From Chloroflexota bacterium (GTDB lineage Bacteria > Chloroflexota > Anaerolineae > SpSt-313), in assembly GCA_029553955.1 (NCBI GenBank), contig JAKPJZ010000100.1, forward strand, positions 21,437-53,436: a stretch of DNA of 32,000 nt, read 5' to 3'. The translations under genes and the position numbers were made by a program. Under the pieces are notes generated by a model. It was not told the DNA's origin, made no database searches, and saw only the letters and a program-made list of their open reading frames with translations. The stretch's first letter is position 1. The number at the start of each line of letters is the position of its first letter. This document shows positions 8,028 to 15,799 of this stretch, in pieces.

Positions 8028-8389
8028 TATCCAAGCAGTCTGTGCAGCATGTCGTGCGTGCGGCCCAACTCGTCGAGCCATTCGGCCAGGGCGCTCTGTC
8101 CTGCGGGGGTGAGGCTGTAGACGCGGCGCGCCGGGCCGGAGCCGGCCGTGTCCCAACGGGAGGCGACCCAGCCCGCCTCCTCCATCTGCCGCAGCATGCG
8201 ATACACCAGCCCTGAATCGAGCAGCGCCGGCTCGAGGCCGAAGCGTCCGAGCGCGGCAATCAGGTCGTAGCCATGCCGATCCTGCTCCTGCAGCAGGGTG
8301 AGCAGGCAGGGCTCCAGCACGCGGCCAACCTGGCCGCGCTGCACGCCGCGTCCCCCGCGCCAACCGCGTCGTCCTCTGGGTCCGGGCAT
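8027..8389 (-). CDS. PadR-family transcriptional regulator
   Basis: LEPCLLTLLQEQDRHGYDLIAAL...GLVYRMLRQMEEAGWVASRWD...RRVYSLTPAGQ is the winged-helix PadR signature. SD AAGGAGG lies upstream. Confidence 0.85.
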   Translation of the reverse strand: MPGPRGRRGWRGGRGVQRGQVGRVLEPCLLTLLQEQDRHGYDLIAALGRFGLEPALLDSGLVYRMLRQMEEAGWVASRWDTAGSGPARRVYSLTPAGQSALAEWLDELGRTHDMLHRLLG

Positions 8390-8433
8390 GGGCCGCCCTC
8401 CTTTCCAAATCGCTAGCTGTTAGTTTCACCTAT

Positions 8434-8462
8434 AGTGTACAACAGATCGGAGACGTTGTCAA
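8434..8462 (-). promoter_or_regulatory. candidate promoter of the PadR operon (TTGACA-N17-TACACT on the minus strand)
   Basis: The reverse complement of 8434-8462 reads TTGACAACGTCTCCGATCTGTTGTACACT. The -10 lies 45 nt before ATG 8389. Confidence 0.45.
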
Positions 8463-8550
8463 GTATCCTGGTAAGGACGTACTCAAGACTGGGTTGCTGG
8501 CACGCGTATTGCTGGCCGTGGAGAGGGCATCGTCGAGCAAGGAGGCGACC

Positions 8551-8946
8551 ATGAGGATAGCTATGGCCCTGTTCATCGTCTTGGCGCTCCTGATCGCAGG
8601 CATTCCCCACTTCAACAACTGAGAGTATGAGGGCAAGGCGCTGGCCCTGGCCAATGGCAACCGGGCGCCGATGAAGTGCTTCTGGACGGCGCGCGGCAAG
8701 GTTGCGCTGGCTGCGCCACTGCTGGGCCTGGCGCTGGCTTTGAGCCTCAGCCGGCGCAGGGAGGCGCAGCGTGCGCTGGCGTTGGTGGGTGCAGCGCTGG
8801 GCCTCGCAATCATCGCGCTGCCGACGCTGCTCATCGGCACCTGCTCGATGGCCACGGCCTCGTGCAACCTGGTGATGAAGCCGAGCCTGATCCTGCTGGG
8901 CGGGCTGGTGACGGCGACCAGCGTGGCCGTGCTCGCGCTGGTGCGG
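8551..8946 (+). pseudogene. DUF4418-type small membrane protein gene with in-frame TGA (8620-8622)
   Basis: ATG 8551 follows AAGGAGG. It reads MRIAMALFIVLALLIAGIPHFNN*EYEGKALALANGNRAPMKCFWTAR...IGTCSMATASCNLV. The same frame is kept across the stop. Confidence 0.6.
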
Positions 8947-9894
8947 GCCGAGGCGCCACAAGCGGCGGCGCTGACCGGGCTGGCTGTGGCGGTCATGCTC
9001 CTGGTGCAGGGCGCCGAGGGCAGTCTGCAGTTGGCGCGCGAGCGGCTGGGCGCCGATATCATCGTCGTGCCCGAAGGCACGCTGGCCAGGGTGGAAAGCG
9101 CCCTGGTCGTGGGCGTGCCCACGCGGGTGTGGATGCCACGGGACGATCTGGCGCGCATCGCCGCGATCCCGGGGGTAGCCGCAGTGTCGCCACAACCGTA
9201 CCTCTCCTCGCTCTTTGGGGCCTCGTGTTGCTCGGTGTCGGAGATGTTCCTGGTGGCCTATGACCCCGACAGTGATTTCTCGCTGCGGCCCTGGCTGCAG
9301 CGCAACCTGAGCGCCGGCCTGGGCCCGGCGAGGCCATCGGCGGCAGCGATGTCTTCGTGCCCGAGGGCGAGGAGGCCATCCGGCTCTACAGCTCCAGCGT
9401 GTCGCTGAGGGGCAATCTCGAGCGCACCGGCACGGCCCTGGACCACACGCTGTTCTTCACCTTCGAGACTGCTGCCGAGATCGCTCGCCGCTCGCACATT
9501 CAGGCCGAGCAGCCCTTGGTGATCCCGGAGGACAGCATCTCGGCAGTGCTGGTCAGGGTGCAGCCGGGCGTCGACTCGCGCCGCGTGGCCCTGCGCATCC
9601 TGCGGGATGTGCCCGACGCCAGGCCCATCGAAGGGGCCGGCATGTTCCGCACCTTCCGGGGCCAGATCGCCAGGCTGCTGCGCGCCTTGCTGGCCATCCT
9701 AGGGGTGACGGCTGGGGGTGTCGCTTCTGCTGCTGGGCCTGGTCTTTTCGAAGGCGGCGCACGAGCGGCGGCGCGAGATCGGCATCATGCGCGCGCTAGG
9801 CGCGCCGGCCCTGTCGGTCTGCTGCTGCCTGCTCGCCGAGGCGGTGCTGTTGGCGGCAGGTGGCGCGACAGTCGGCTGGTGCTGGCCGGCGGCG
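8947..9894 (+). pseudogene. FtsX/MacB-like ABC permease: N-terminus fused in frame to the DUF4418 ORF, two frameshifts, 3' truncated
   Basis: LQLARERLGADIIVVPEG..VWMPRDDLARIAAIPGVAAVSPQ, then EAIGGSDVFVPEGEEAIRLY (frame change at 9327-9328), then SLLLLGLVFSKAAHERRREIGIMRALGA (frame change at 9714-9718). The sequence stops after the first FtsX-domain helix. Confidence 0.65.
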
Positions 9895-10080
9895 TCGCGC
9901 GAGGTGCTGCGTCCGCTGCCCGATCTGCTGGCGCTGCTGCGCGACCAGGCCATCACCACGGTGACCTTGCCGCCGGCTGTGCTCAAGCTGCTGCCCAGCG
10001 ACGACCTGCCGGCGCTGCGCACCGTCGCCTCGGCGGGTGAGGCCTGCACCTGGGACGTCTGGGCGCGTTGGGCGCCCTGG
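9895..10080 (+). pseudogene. isolated NRPS adenylation-domain fragment
   Basis: LLALLRDQAITTVTLPPAVLKLLPSDDLPALRTVASAGEACTWDVWARWAP matches the A-domain region (ITxxxLPPSxLxxL...LPSLRTLxxAGEAC...RWAP). No flanking A-domain cores are present. Confidence 0.55.
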
Positions 10081-10087
10081 CCGCCGC

Positions 10088-10213
10088 TCAGGTACTCCAT
10101 CCGCGCGCCGGCGACGTCGAGTGCACGGGGTGGGCGGCGCGAAAGTCGAGCAGCATCTGCCGCTGCTCGGACGGCACGTTGGCGTAGAGCTGGTCAAAGC
10201 GTGTGTTGTCCAT
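10088..10213 (-). pseudogene. 5' stub of a probable alpha/beta-hydrolase gene
   Basis: ATG 10213 follows GGGAGG and reads MDNTRFDQLYANVPSEQRQMLLDFRAAHPVHS. After a 1-nt shift it reads LDVAGARMEYLSGGQGA, and similarity then ends. Family assignment is weak. Confidence 0.3.
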
Positions 10214-10228
10214 GCTGTCACCTCCCGG

Positions 10229-10789
10229 CTAGAAGAACACAAAGTAGCGGGGCACGCGCCTCATGTACTCGCGATAGGCCTCGCCGTACTGCTGCAAGAG
10301 GGCGTCTTCCTCACCCAGGAGCCGCAGGTGGTAGAAGCCAACCATGACGAGGAGCAGGATGACGGCGGCCCAGGAGCCGATGGCGATGCACGTGCCCAGG
10401 AACATGACTGCCAGGCCAAGCCACTGCGGGTTGCGCGACAGGCGGTAGAGTCCCTTGGTGACCGGCTGCCCGAGCGGCGTGGTGCGATAGTCGTGCAGGG
10501 CGACCATCATGACAGCGAAGCCGAGCGCGAACGCTGCGCTGCCGACGACAAAGACCCCCTGACTCAGCTTGAGCGGCGTGAGCACGATGAGGGCGAGGCA
10601 GCCGAGGTTGAATGCCCGCCCCGCCATCCAGACGGCCATGCGTCGGCCGCTTAGCCGGGGAAAGGCGTACAGCCGGGCGACCACTTCCCTGGGGTAGACG
10701 AGCAAAAGCACGCCAAAGACCATGTAGAACCCGGCCAGCAGCAGCCAGCCGTTCAGCCAACCCAGACTCAGCGCAGGCCACAATTCCAT
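10229..10789 (-). CDS. membrane methyltransferase of the ICMT/PEMT (isoprenylcysteine carboxyl methyltransferase-like) superfamily
   Basis: Polytopic membrane protein with GLYRLSRNPQWLG...GEEDALLQQYGEAYREYMRRVPRY, the characteristic C-terminal catalytic region. SD GGAGGGAGG lies upstream. Confidence 0.75.
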   Translation of the reverse strand: MELWPALSLGWLNGWLLLAGFYMVFGVLLLVYPREVVARLYAFPRLSGRRMAVWMAGRAFNLGCLALIVLTPLKLSQGVFVVGSAAFALGFAVMMVALHDYRTTPLGQPVTKGLYRLSRNPQWLGLAVMFLGTCIAIGSWAAVILLLVMVGFYHLRLLGEEDALLQQYGEAYREYMRRVPRYFVFF

Positions 10790-10834
10790 GGTTCACCTCC
10801 CTCCGGGTTCGCCAAGCCTAGAAGACCCCGTCCA

Positions 10835-11065
10835 TCAGCCGCCATGGTACGCGGTGCATGCATTCCGCGTACACGAGACCGAACCGCTGCAGATGGTTGA
10901 GAGACGCGCCTCGTGCGCGGTCTTGGGTGGAGCCGCCTCCTGCACCGCCTTGGGATAGTCCTGCAGAAGGAGGCGCGGGTTCAGGTACAGGATCCTCATC
11001 AGGTAGATCGAGGCAACGATCGACAGGATGACGCCGTCACAGAGCATACGCACGGGATCAAGCAT
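10835..11065 (-). CDS. hypothetical single-TM protein, possibly a gene fragment
   Basis: ATG 11065 overlaps the feoC-like stop by 8 nt. One hydrophobic helix (GVILSIVASIYLMRILYL). The tail looks non-native. Confidence 0.25.
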   Translation of the reverse strand: MLDPVRMLCDGVILSIVASIYLMRILYLNPRLLLQDYPKAVQEAAPPKTAHEARLSTICSGSVSCTRNACTAYHGG

Positions 11066-11339
11066 GACCCTTACTTCCGTTCGCGCTGTGGCGGCGTCCC
11101 TTCTCTGTGACCGCCCACAGGCGCACTTGAGGGCGCAGGGTGCAGGCGCCGGCCTGGGCACAGCCGCGGCAACTGCCGGCGTCACAACTCGGCGCAACCT
11201 CCTCGAAGTAGCCCAGGCGTACGAGCTGCTCGATCATTTGCTCGACCAGCTCGGCGCTGACGCCAAGCCGGCCGGCCATATCTCGGACGGCCGTCGGGCC
11301 GTCGCTCGTGGCCATCGTCTGCAGAAGCTGCTCCAGCAT
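11058..11339 (-). CDS. FeoC-like winged-helix protein with C-terminal Cys cluster
   Basis: TAVRDMAGRLGVSAELVEQMIEQLVRLGYFEEV...CDAGSCRGCAQAGAC. It lies directly downstream of feoB. SD AGGAG lies upstream. Confidence 0.6.
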   Translation of the reverse strand: MLEQLLQTMATSDGPTAVRDMAGRLGVSAELVEQMIEQLVRLGYFEEVAPSCDAGSCRGCAQAGACTLRPQVRLWAVTEKGRRHSANGSKGHA

Positions 11340-11435
11340 GCTACACTCCTATTCCACAATGCGACATGGCCTGTCATTGTGAGCGAAGCAATCCCCGAGC
11401 AGGAGACTACTTCGCTGCCATGGCAGGGTACGCAC

Positions 11436-13478
11436 CTACCCCAACCCCAGCAGCCGCGCGGCCTGGTAGACGAGGATGCCGAGGCCAAAGGCGATGACGG
11501 CCTGGAAGCCGATGCTGAACGCCGTCCAGCGCCAGCTCCCGGTCTCCTGACGGACGGCGGTGATGGTGGCGACACAGGGCACGAAGAGTATCTGCACCAC
11601 CAGGAAGGCCAGGCCCGCGGCCGGAGTGAGCAGCGCCGGCAGCGCCGTGGCCAGCGAGCCTTCGGTGCCGGCGGTGAGCACAGCCAGGGTGGCGATCGAC
11701 TGCTCCTTGGCCACGATGCTCGCCAAGAGCGCCACCATCGGCCGCCACTCGAGCCCCATGAGCCCGCCCAGGGGGGCGAGCCAGCGGCCGAGCGCCGCCA
11801 GGTAGCTGTGCTCGATGCCGCCGCCGGGTAGGGTGGCCAGCGCCCAGATCGTCAGCGACAGGAGCAGGATGGTCGTGCCCGCCCGCTCGACAAAGGCGAC
11901 CAGGTGTTGCCAGGTGTGCAGCAAGATCGTGCGCCAGTTGGGCAGGTGATAGAGTGGCAGTTCCATGATGAACGATGAGCTCTCGCCGCCGAAGAGCAGC
12001 CGGTTGAGCAGCGCCCCAGAGAGCCCGATGACGGCGAGCGACAGCGCCAGCAGGCCCAATGTCACCAGCGGTCCGCGACTGCCAAAGAGGGCACCTGTCA
12101 TGAAAACGAGCACGGCGAGGCGCCCGGTGCAGGGCACCAGCGGCACCAACAGCGTCGTCAGCAGGCGATCCCGCTTTGACTCCAGGATGCGCGTGCCCAG
12201 CACGGCGGGCACGTTGCAGCCAAAGCCCAGGAAGAGCGGCAGGAACGATTTGCCGTGCAGGCCCAGGCGATGCATGAAACGATCGGCCACAAAGGCGCCG
12301 CGCGCCAGGTAGCCGACGTCTTCCAGGATGGCGATGACGGCGAAGAAGAGCGCCAGCATGGGCAGCACCGAGAGCACCGTGCCGACGCCGCCAAGGACAC
12401 CGTCGGCGAGCAGCCCGCCGAGCCAGGGCGTGCCCGCTAGCGCCCCACGCGTCCAATCGCCGGCCAGGCCGAGCGCGGCCTGGAGCAGGGCTACCAGTGG
12501 CTCTGAGAGCCGGTAGACGGTCCAGAAGGTCAGGCCGAGCAGCCCCAAGAGCACCAATGGCCCGGCGATGGGGTGGGTGGCCACGCGGTCCACCCGCTCG
12601 GTGAGCGAGATGGCGCCGACGCGCGGGCGGCGGGTGGCGGCGCGCGCCATGCGGCCGATCCAGGCGTAGCGTGCGCTGGCGATGGCGAGGACGGCATCCT
12701 CGTTCTGGCGCAGCACGGCGTCGAGCGCGGCCCAGCGCGAGGCGCGCAGCCGGCCGCGCAGCAGCTCGGCCACCTCACGGTCGCCTTCGAGGAGCTTTTG
12801 GGTCAGCCAGCGCCGCGGGTAGGGCGCTGGGGCGGCGTCGCCGATCAGCGCTTCGACGCGGCCGATCAGCGCTTCCAGCGCGACGCCGAGCTCGGGGCGC
12901 TGAGGGGCGTAGGAGGCCGCGCCGTCGGCCACGCGGGCGACGGCGTCGAGCAGTTCGCCCGGTCCCTCATTGCGGGAGGCCACCATCCCCACCACCGGCA
13001 CCCCGAGGGCCGCCTGCAGCACGTCGACCTCCACCTGCACGCCGTTGCTCTCGGCCACGTCCATCATGTTCACGCCCACCACGATGGGCACCGGCAGCTC
13101 GAGCAGCTCGGCCACCAGGTACAGAGTGCGTTCGAGGTTAGCGGCGTTGACGATGACGGCCACCACATCGGGCCGGTGGAGCAGGATGTACTCCCGTGTC
13201 ACCTGTTCTTCGGGCGAGTTGGCCGTGAGGCTGTAGGCGCCCGGCAGGTCGACGATCTCGAAGGTGCGCCCACGGCGCTGGCAAGCGCCCGCCTTTTGCT
13301 CCACCGTCTTGCCGGGCCAGTTGCCGACATGCTGCGACAGGCCGGTGAGGGGGTTGAAGACGCTGCTCTTGCCCACGTTGGGCGCCCCGGCCAGGGCTAC
13401 GGTGATGGCGCGAGCTGCTCCGGGCGCGGTTCCCTCGCCACGGTGCGCGCCGCTGATGACCTCAGCCGGCCTCTGCAT
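11436..13478 (-). CDS. feoB: ferrous iron transporter FeoB
   Basis: G-domain motifs VALAGAPNVGKSSVFNPLTG, IVDLPGAYSL and VVGVNMMD, followed by the polytopic gate/permease region. 680 aa. Confidence 0.95.
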   Translation of the reverse strand: MQRPAEVISGAHRGEGTAPGAARAITVALAGAPNVGKSSVFNPLTGLSQHVGNWPGKTVEQKAGACQRRGRTFEIVDLPGAYSLTANSPEEQVTREYILLHRPDVVAVIVNAANLERTLYLVAELLELPVPIVVGVNMMDVAESNGVQVEVDVLQAALGVPVVGMVASRNEGPGELLDAVARVADGAASYAPQRPELGVALEALIGRVEALIGDAAPAPYPRRWLTQKLLEGDREVAELLRGRLRASRWAALDAVLRQNEDAVLAIASARYAWIGRMARAATRRPRVGAISLTERVDRVATHPIAGPLVLLGLLGLTFWTVYRLSEPLVALLQAALGLAGDWTRGALAGTPWLGGLLADGVLGGVGTVLSVLPMLALFFAVIAILEDVGYLARGAFVADRFMHRLGLHGKSFLPLFLGFGCNVPAVLGTRILESKRDRLLTTLLVPLVPCTGRLAVLVFMTGALFGSRGPLVTLGLLALSLAVIGLSGALLNRLLFGGESSSFIMELPLYHLPNWRTILLHTWQHLVAFVERAGTTILLLSLTIWALATLPGGGIEHSYLAALGRWLAPLGGLMGLEWRPMVALLASIVAKEQSIATLAVLTAGTEGSLATALPALLTPAAGLAFLVVQILFVPCVATITAVRQETGSWRWTAFSIGFQAVIAFGLGILVYQAARLLGLG

Positions 13479-14385
13479 GGTCCTCTCCTTCTCGGCTCAC
13501 GAGGATCCTGCCCGCTTCGCCGCGCCCCAGCGCCACGCGGGTCTCGCGTACGATGACGATCACCGGCCCCTGCCCGGCGTTCTGCACCATGCGCACCTCG
13601 GCGCCGGGGGTGAAGCCGAGTGCTAGGCAGCGACCCACCAGGCCACGGCCGGCGCGGAAGCCACAGATGCGCGCCGTGGCCCCCGGGGCCAGTTCGGCGA
13701 GGGGCAGGGCCTGCTCCGCTCGCTCTTCCGCGGCCGACAGCGGCGCCACGGCGATCCGTGCAGCCTCGCCATGGGCGAGCGTGTGTTGCACGCCCGCCGT
13801 GCTGAGCGTGACCGTGCCCTCGTCAGGCGAGTTCGCAGTGACCTGGACGACGGCGCCGGGCCGGAGCTTGAGGGCGGCCAAGCGGCGCAGCAGCGGGGCT
13901 TCCTCGCTCACGCTCACGATGCGCGCCGAGGCGGGCGGGGTGAGGTCGCTGAGGAGCGACGTGGCGGTGCTCGCGGCGCCGGCGTCGGCCGCAGGGATGG
14001 CGTGCCCGTGGGGGCAGGTCGCGGCATTGCCCAGCGCGCGCGCCAGGCGGCGCTCGAGGTCAGGCGAGGTTGCGTGCTCGAGCTGACAGGCCTCGTCGTG
14101 GACGCGGTCCCAGCCGAGGCCGAGCACGTCGTGCAGAAAGCGCTCCCACAGGCGGTGACGGCGGATGACGGTCGACGACAGGCTGCGTCCCGCCTCGGTG
14201 AGGGCGATCTCGCGCCTGGGGGTATAGTCGATCAGCCCCTGCCCGGCGAGGCGGTGCAGCATCTCGGTCACCGTCGGCGCGGCGACGCCGCACTCCCGGG
14301 CCAGGGCCGAGGTGGTCACCGGCTGGCCCCGCTCCTGGAGCTTGCCGATGGCTTCGAGGTATTCTTCCATCTGTTGGCTGATCAT
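13462..14385 (-). CDS. DtxR/MntR-family metal-dependent regulator fused to two FeoA/SH3-like domains
   Basis: N-terminus [41 protein letters not shown]...[14 protein letters not shown]...EACQLEHA is DtxR HTH plus dimerisation. Two FeoA-like modules follow (ARIVSVSEE...LRPGAVVQV and [30 protein letters not shown]). The stop overlaps the feoB start. Confidence 0.85.
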   Translation of the reverse strand: MISQQMEEYLEAIGKLQERGQPVTTSALARECGVAAPTVTEMLHRLAGQGLIDYTPRREIALTEAGRSLSSTVIRRHRLWERFLHDVLGLGWDRVHDEACQLEHATSPDLERRLARALGNAATCPHGHAIPAADAGAASTATSLLSDLTPPASARIVSVSEEAPLLRRLAALKLRPGAVVQVTANSPDEGTVTLSTAGVQHTLAHGEAARIAVAPLSAAEERAEQALPLAELAPGATARICGFRAGRGLVGRCLALGFTPGAEVRMVQNAGQGPVIVIVRETRVALGRGEAGRILVSREGEDHAEAG

Positions 14386-14397
14386 ACGGGCCTCCGG

Positions 14398-14430
14398 ATT
14401 TAGGCAATCCTAAATTAGGTCTGCCTAATT
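14398..14430. promoter_or_regulatory. two overlapping 18-bp palindromes resembling DtxR/MntR-type operators
   Basis: ATTTAGGcaatCCTAAAT (14398-14415) and AATTAGGtctgCCTAATT (14413-14430). The TTAGG/CCTAA half-sites match the known iron-box core. They sit between the -10 and the SD of the regulator gene. Confidence 0.6.
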
Positions 14431-14457
14431 ATAGCACAGAGGAACGACCCGCGTCAA
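14428..14457 (-). promoter_or_regulatory. candidate promoter of the DtxR::FeoA-feoB operon (TTGACG-N18-TATAAT, minus strand)
   Basis: The reverse complement of 14428-14457 reads TTGACGCGGGTCGTTCCTCTGTGCTATAAT. The -10 overlaps operator palindrome 2. Confidence 0.5.
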
Positions 14458-14488
14458 TAGGGTGGACTCCGATTCTGTGCAATGGCTC

Positions 14489-14567
14489 GTAGTGCGGGAG
14501 AGTTGGCCGGCCGGGCACGGCGGCGCATAGCGCCACCGTGCCCGGCCGGCCAACTCTCCCGCACTAC
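14489..14567. repeat. perfect 32-nt-arm palindrome in the divergent intergenic region
   Basis: GTAGTGCGGGAGAGTTGGCCGGCCGGGCACGG (14489-14520) pairs with its exact complement at 14536-14567. The 15-nt centre is itself GGCGCataGCGCC. Confidence 0.95.
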
Positions 14568-14683
14568 AAACGGGTTGATTTGCGGAGTTGTGCTAGTTGC
14601 CTATACTTGTAAATGTGAATCTTTGCAGCAGGACCCTCGCCATGGCTGGCTACGAGCCCTCGCTCTCACCGAAGGAGGCACAG

Positions 14684-15799
14684 GTGGATACCTACTCTCC
14701 CCTCGCGCGCGCACCTCGCTGGCTCAAGGTCTACTATGGGCTGGCCGCCGTAGTGCTTTTCACCACTGGCATGCACGTGCCCGACGGCTACCTTAGCCCG
14801 GTGACCTGCGCCGTGATGTTCGCGCTGGCGCTGCCCTTCTGGGTGCTCGGCCTGCGCCGGGTGCGCGAGACGTTGAGCGCGCGCAGTGCGCCGCTGATCG
14901 CCCTCATGGCCGCCTTCTCTTTTGTCATCATGATGTTCAACGTCCCCCTGCCGGGCGGCACGACGGGGCACGCCACCGGCGCGGCGCTGGCAGCCATCGT
15001 GCTGGGCCCCGAAGTGGCCGCCATTGCCGTCTCGGTGGCGCTGCTCATCCAGGCGCTGCTCTTCGGCGACGGCGGCATCCTGGCCATCGGCGCCAACTGT
15101 TTCAACATCGCCGTCGTCATTCCCTTTGTGAGCGCTGCCGTCTACCGTTGGTTGGCCAGCGGCGCCAGCTCAAGCGCGAGACGTCGGGTTGCGGCGGCTG
15201 CGCTAGGCGGCTATGTGGGGCTGACGGTGGCAGCTTTCCTGACCGCGGTCGAATTCGGCATTCAGCCGGCGCTGTTCCACGCTGCCGACGGCGCGCCGCT
15301 CTATGCCCCCTACCCGCTCGCGGTGGCCATCCCGGCGATGGTGATTCCGCACTTGCTGGTGGCCTCGGTGGTGGAGGCGGCGCTGACCGGGCTGGTGGTG
15401 GCCTATCTGCTGCGCATCAATCCACAGTTGTTGCGGGCCGGCGAGGGGGCCCAGCCCGCTGCGGAGGCGGGTGGCCGGCGCGGGCTGCGCGTGCTATGGC
15501 TGGTGCTGGCGGCGCTGGTCGTGGCGGCGCCGCTGGGGCTGCTGGCGCCGGGAACGGCCTGGGGCGAGTGGGGCGCCGAGGAGCTGGCCGAGCTGGGCCT
15601 GGGCGCTGTGCCGCGCGGGCTAGAGCGGCTGGGCGCGCTCTGGGGCGCGCCCCTGCCCGACTATGATCTGCCATCATTGGGCAACGCTGGCCTCAGCTAT
15701 GTTCTCTCGGCTGTGATCGGCGTCGCGGTGACGGTGCTCGTCGTCTGGCTGTTCGCCGCCTTGCTGGCCAGCCGGCGGCCGGCGGAAGGCAGCCGGTGA
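14684..15799 (+). CDS. cbiM: ECF Co/Ni transporter substrate component CbiM/NikM with N-terminal leader, fused to a PDGLE-type C-terminal domain
   Basis: The MHVPDGYLSP core start is at 14771. Other motifs: FNVPLPGGTTGHATGAAL and GDGGILAIGANCFN. The C-terminus reads APGTAWGEWG...LPDYDL (PDGLE-like). GTG 14684 follows AAGGAGG and gives a 29-aa leader; alternative start ATG 14771. Confidence 0.85.
   Translation: MDTYSPLARAPRWLKVYYGLAAVVLFTTGMHVPDGYLSPVTCAVMFALALPFWVLGLRRVRETLSARSAPLIALMAAFSFVIMMFNVPLPGGTTGHATGAALAAIVLGPEVAAIAVSVALLIQALLFGDGGILAIGANCFNIAVVIPFVSAAVYRWLASGASSSARRRVAAAALGGYVGLTVAAFLTAVEFGIQPALFHAADGAPLYAPYPLAVAIPAMVIPHLLVASVVEAALTGLVVAYLLRINPQLLRAGEGAQPAAEAGGRRGLRVLWLVLAALVVAAPLGLLAPGTAWGEWGAEELAELGLGAVPRGLERLGALWGAPLPDYDLPSLGNAGLSYVLSAVIGVAVTVLVVWLFAALLASRRPAEGSR

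Noticed and set aside
14570-14683. A cobalamin riboswitch or NikR operator upstream of cbiM.
   Set aside because: I could not find the conserved B12-box-like core or a NikR-type palindrome by eye. It is left as something to scan, not as a call.
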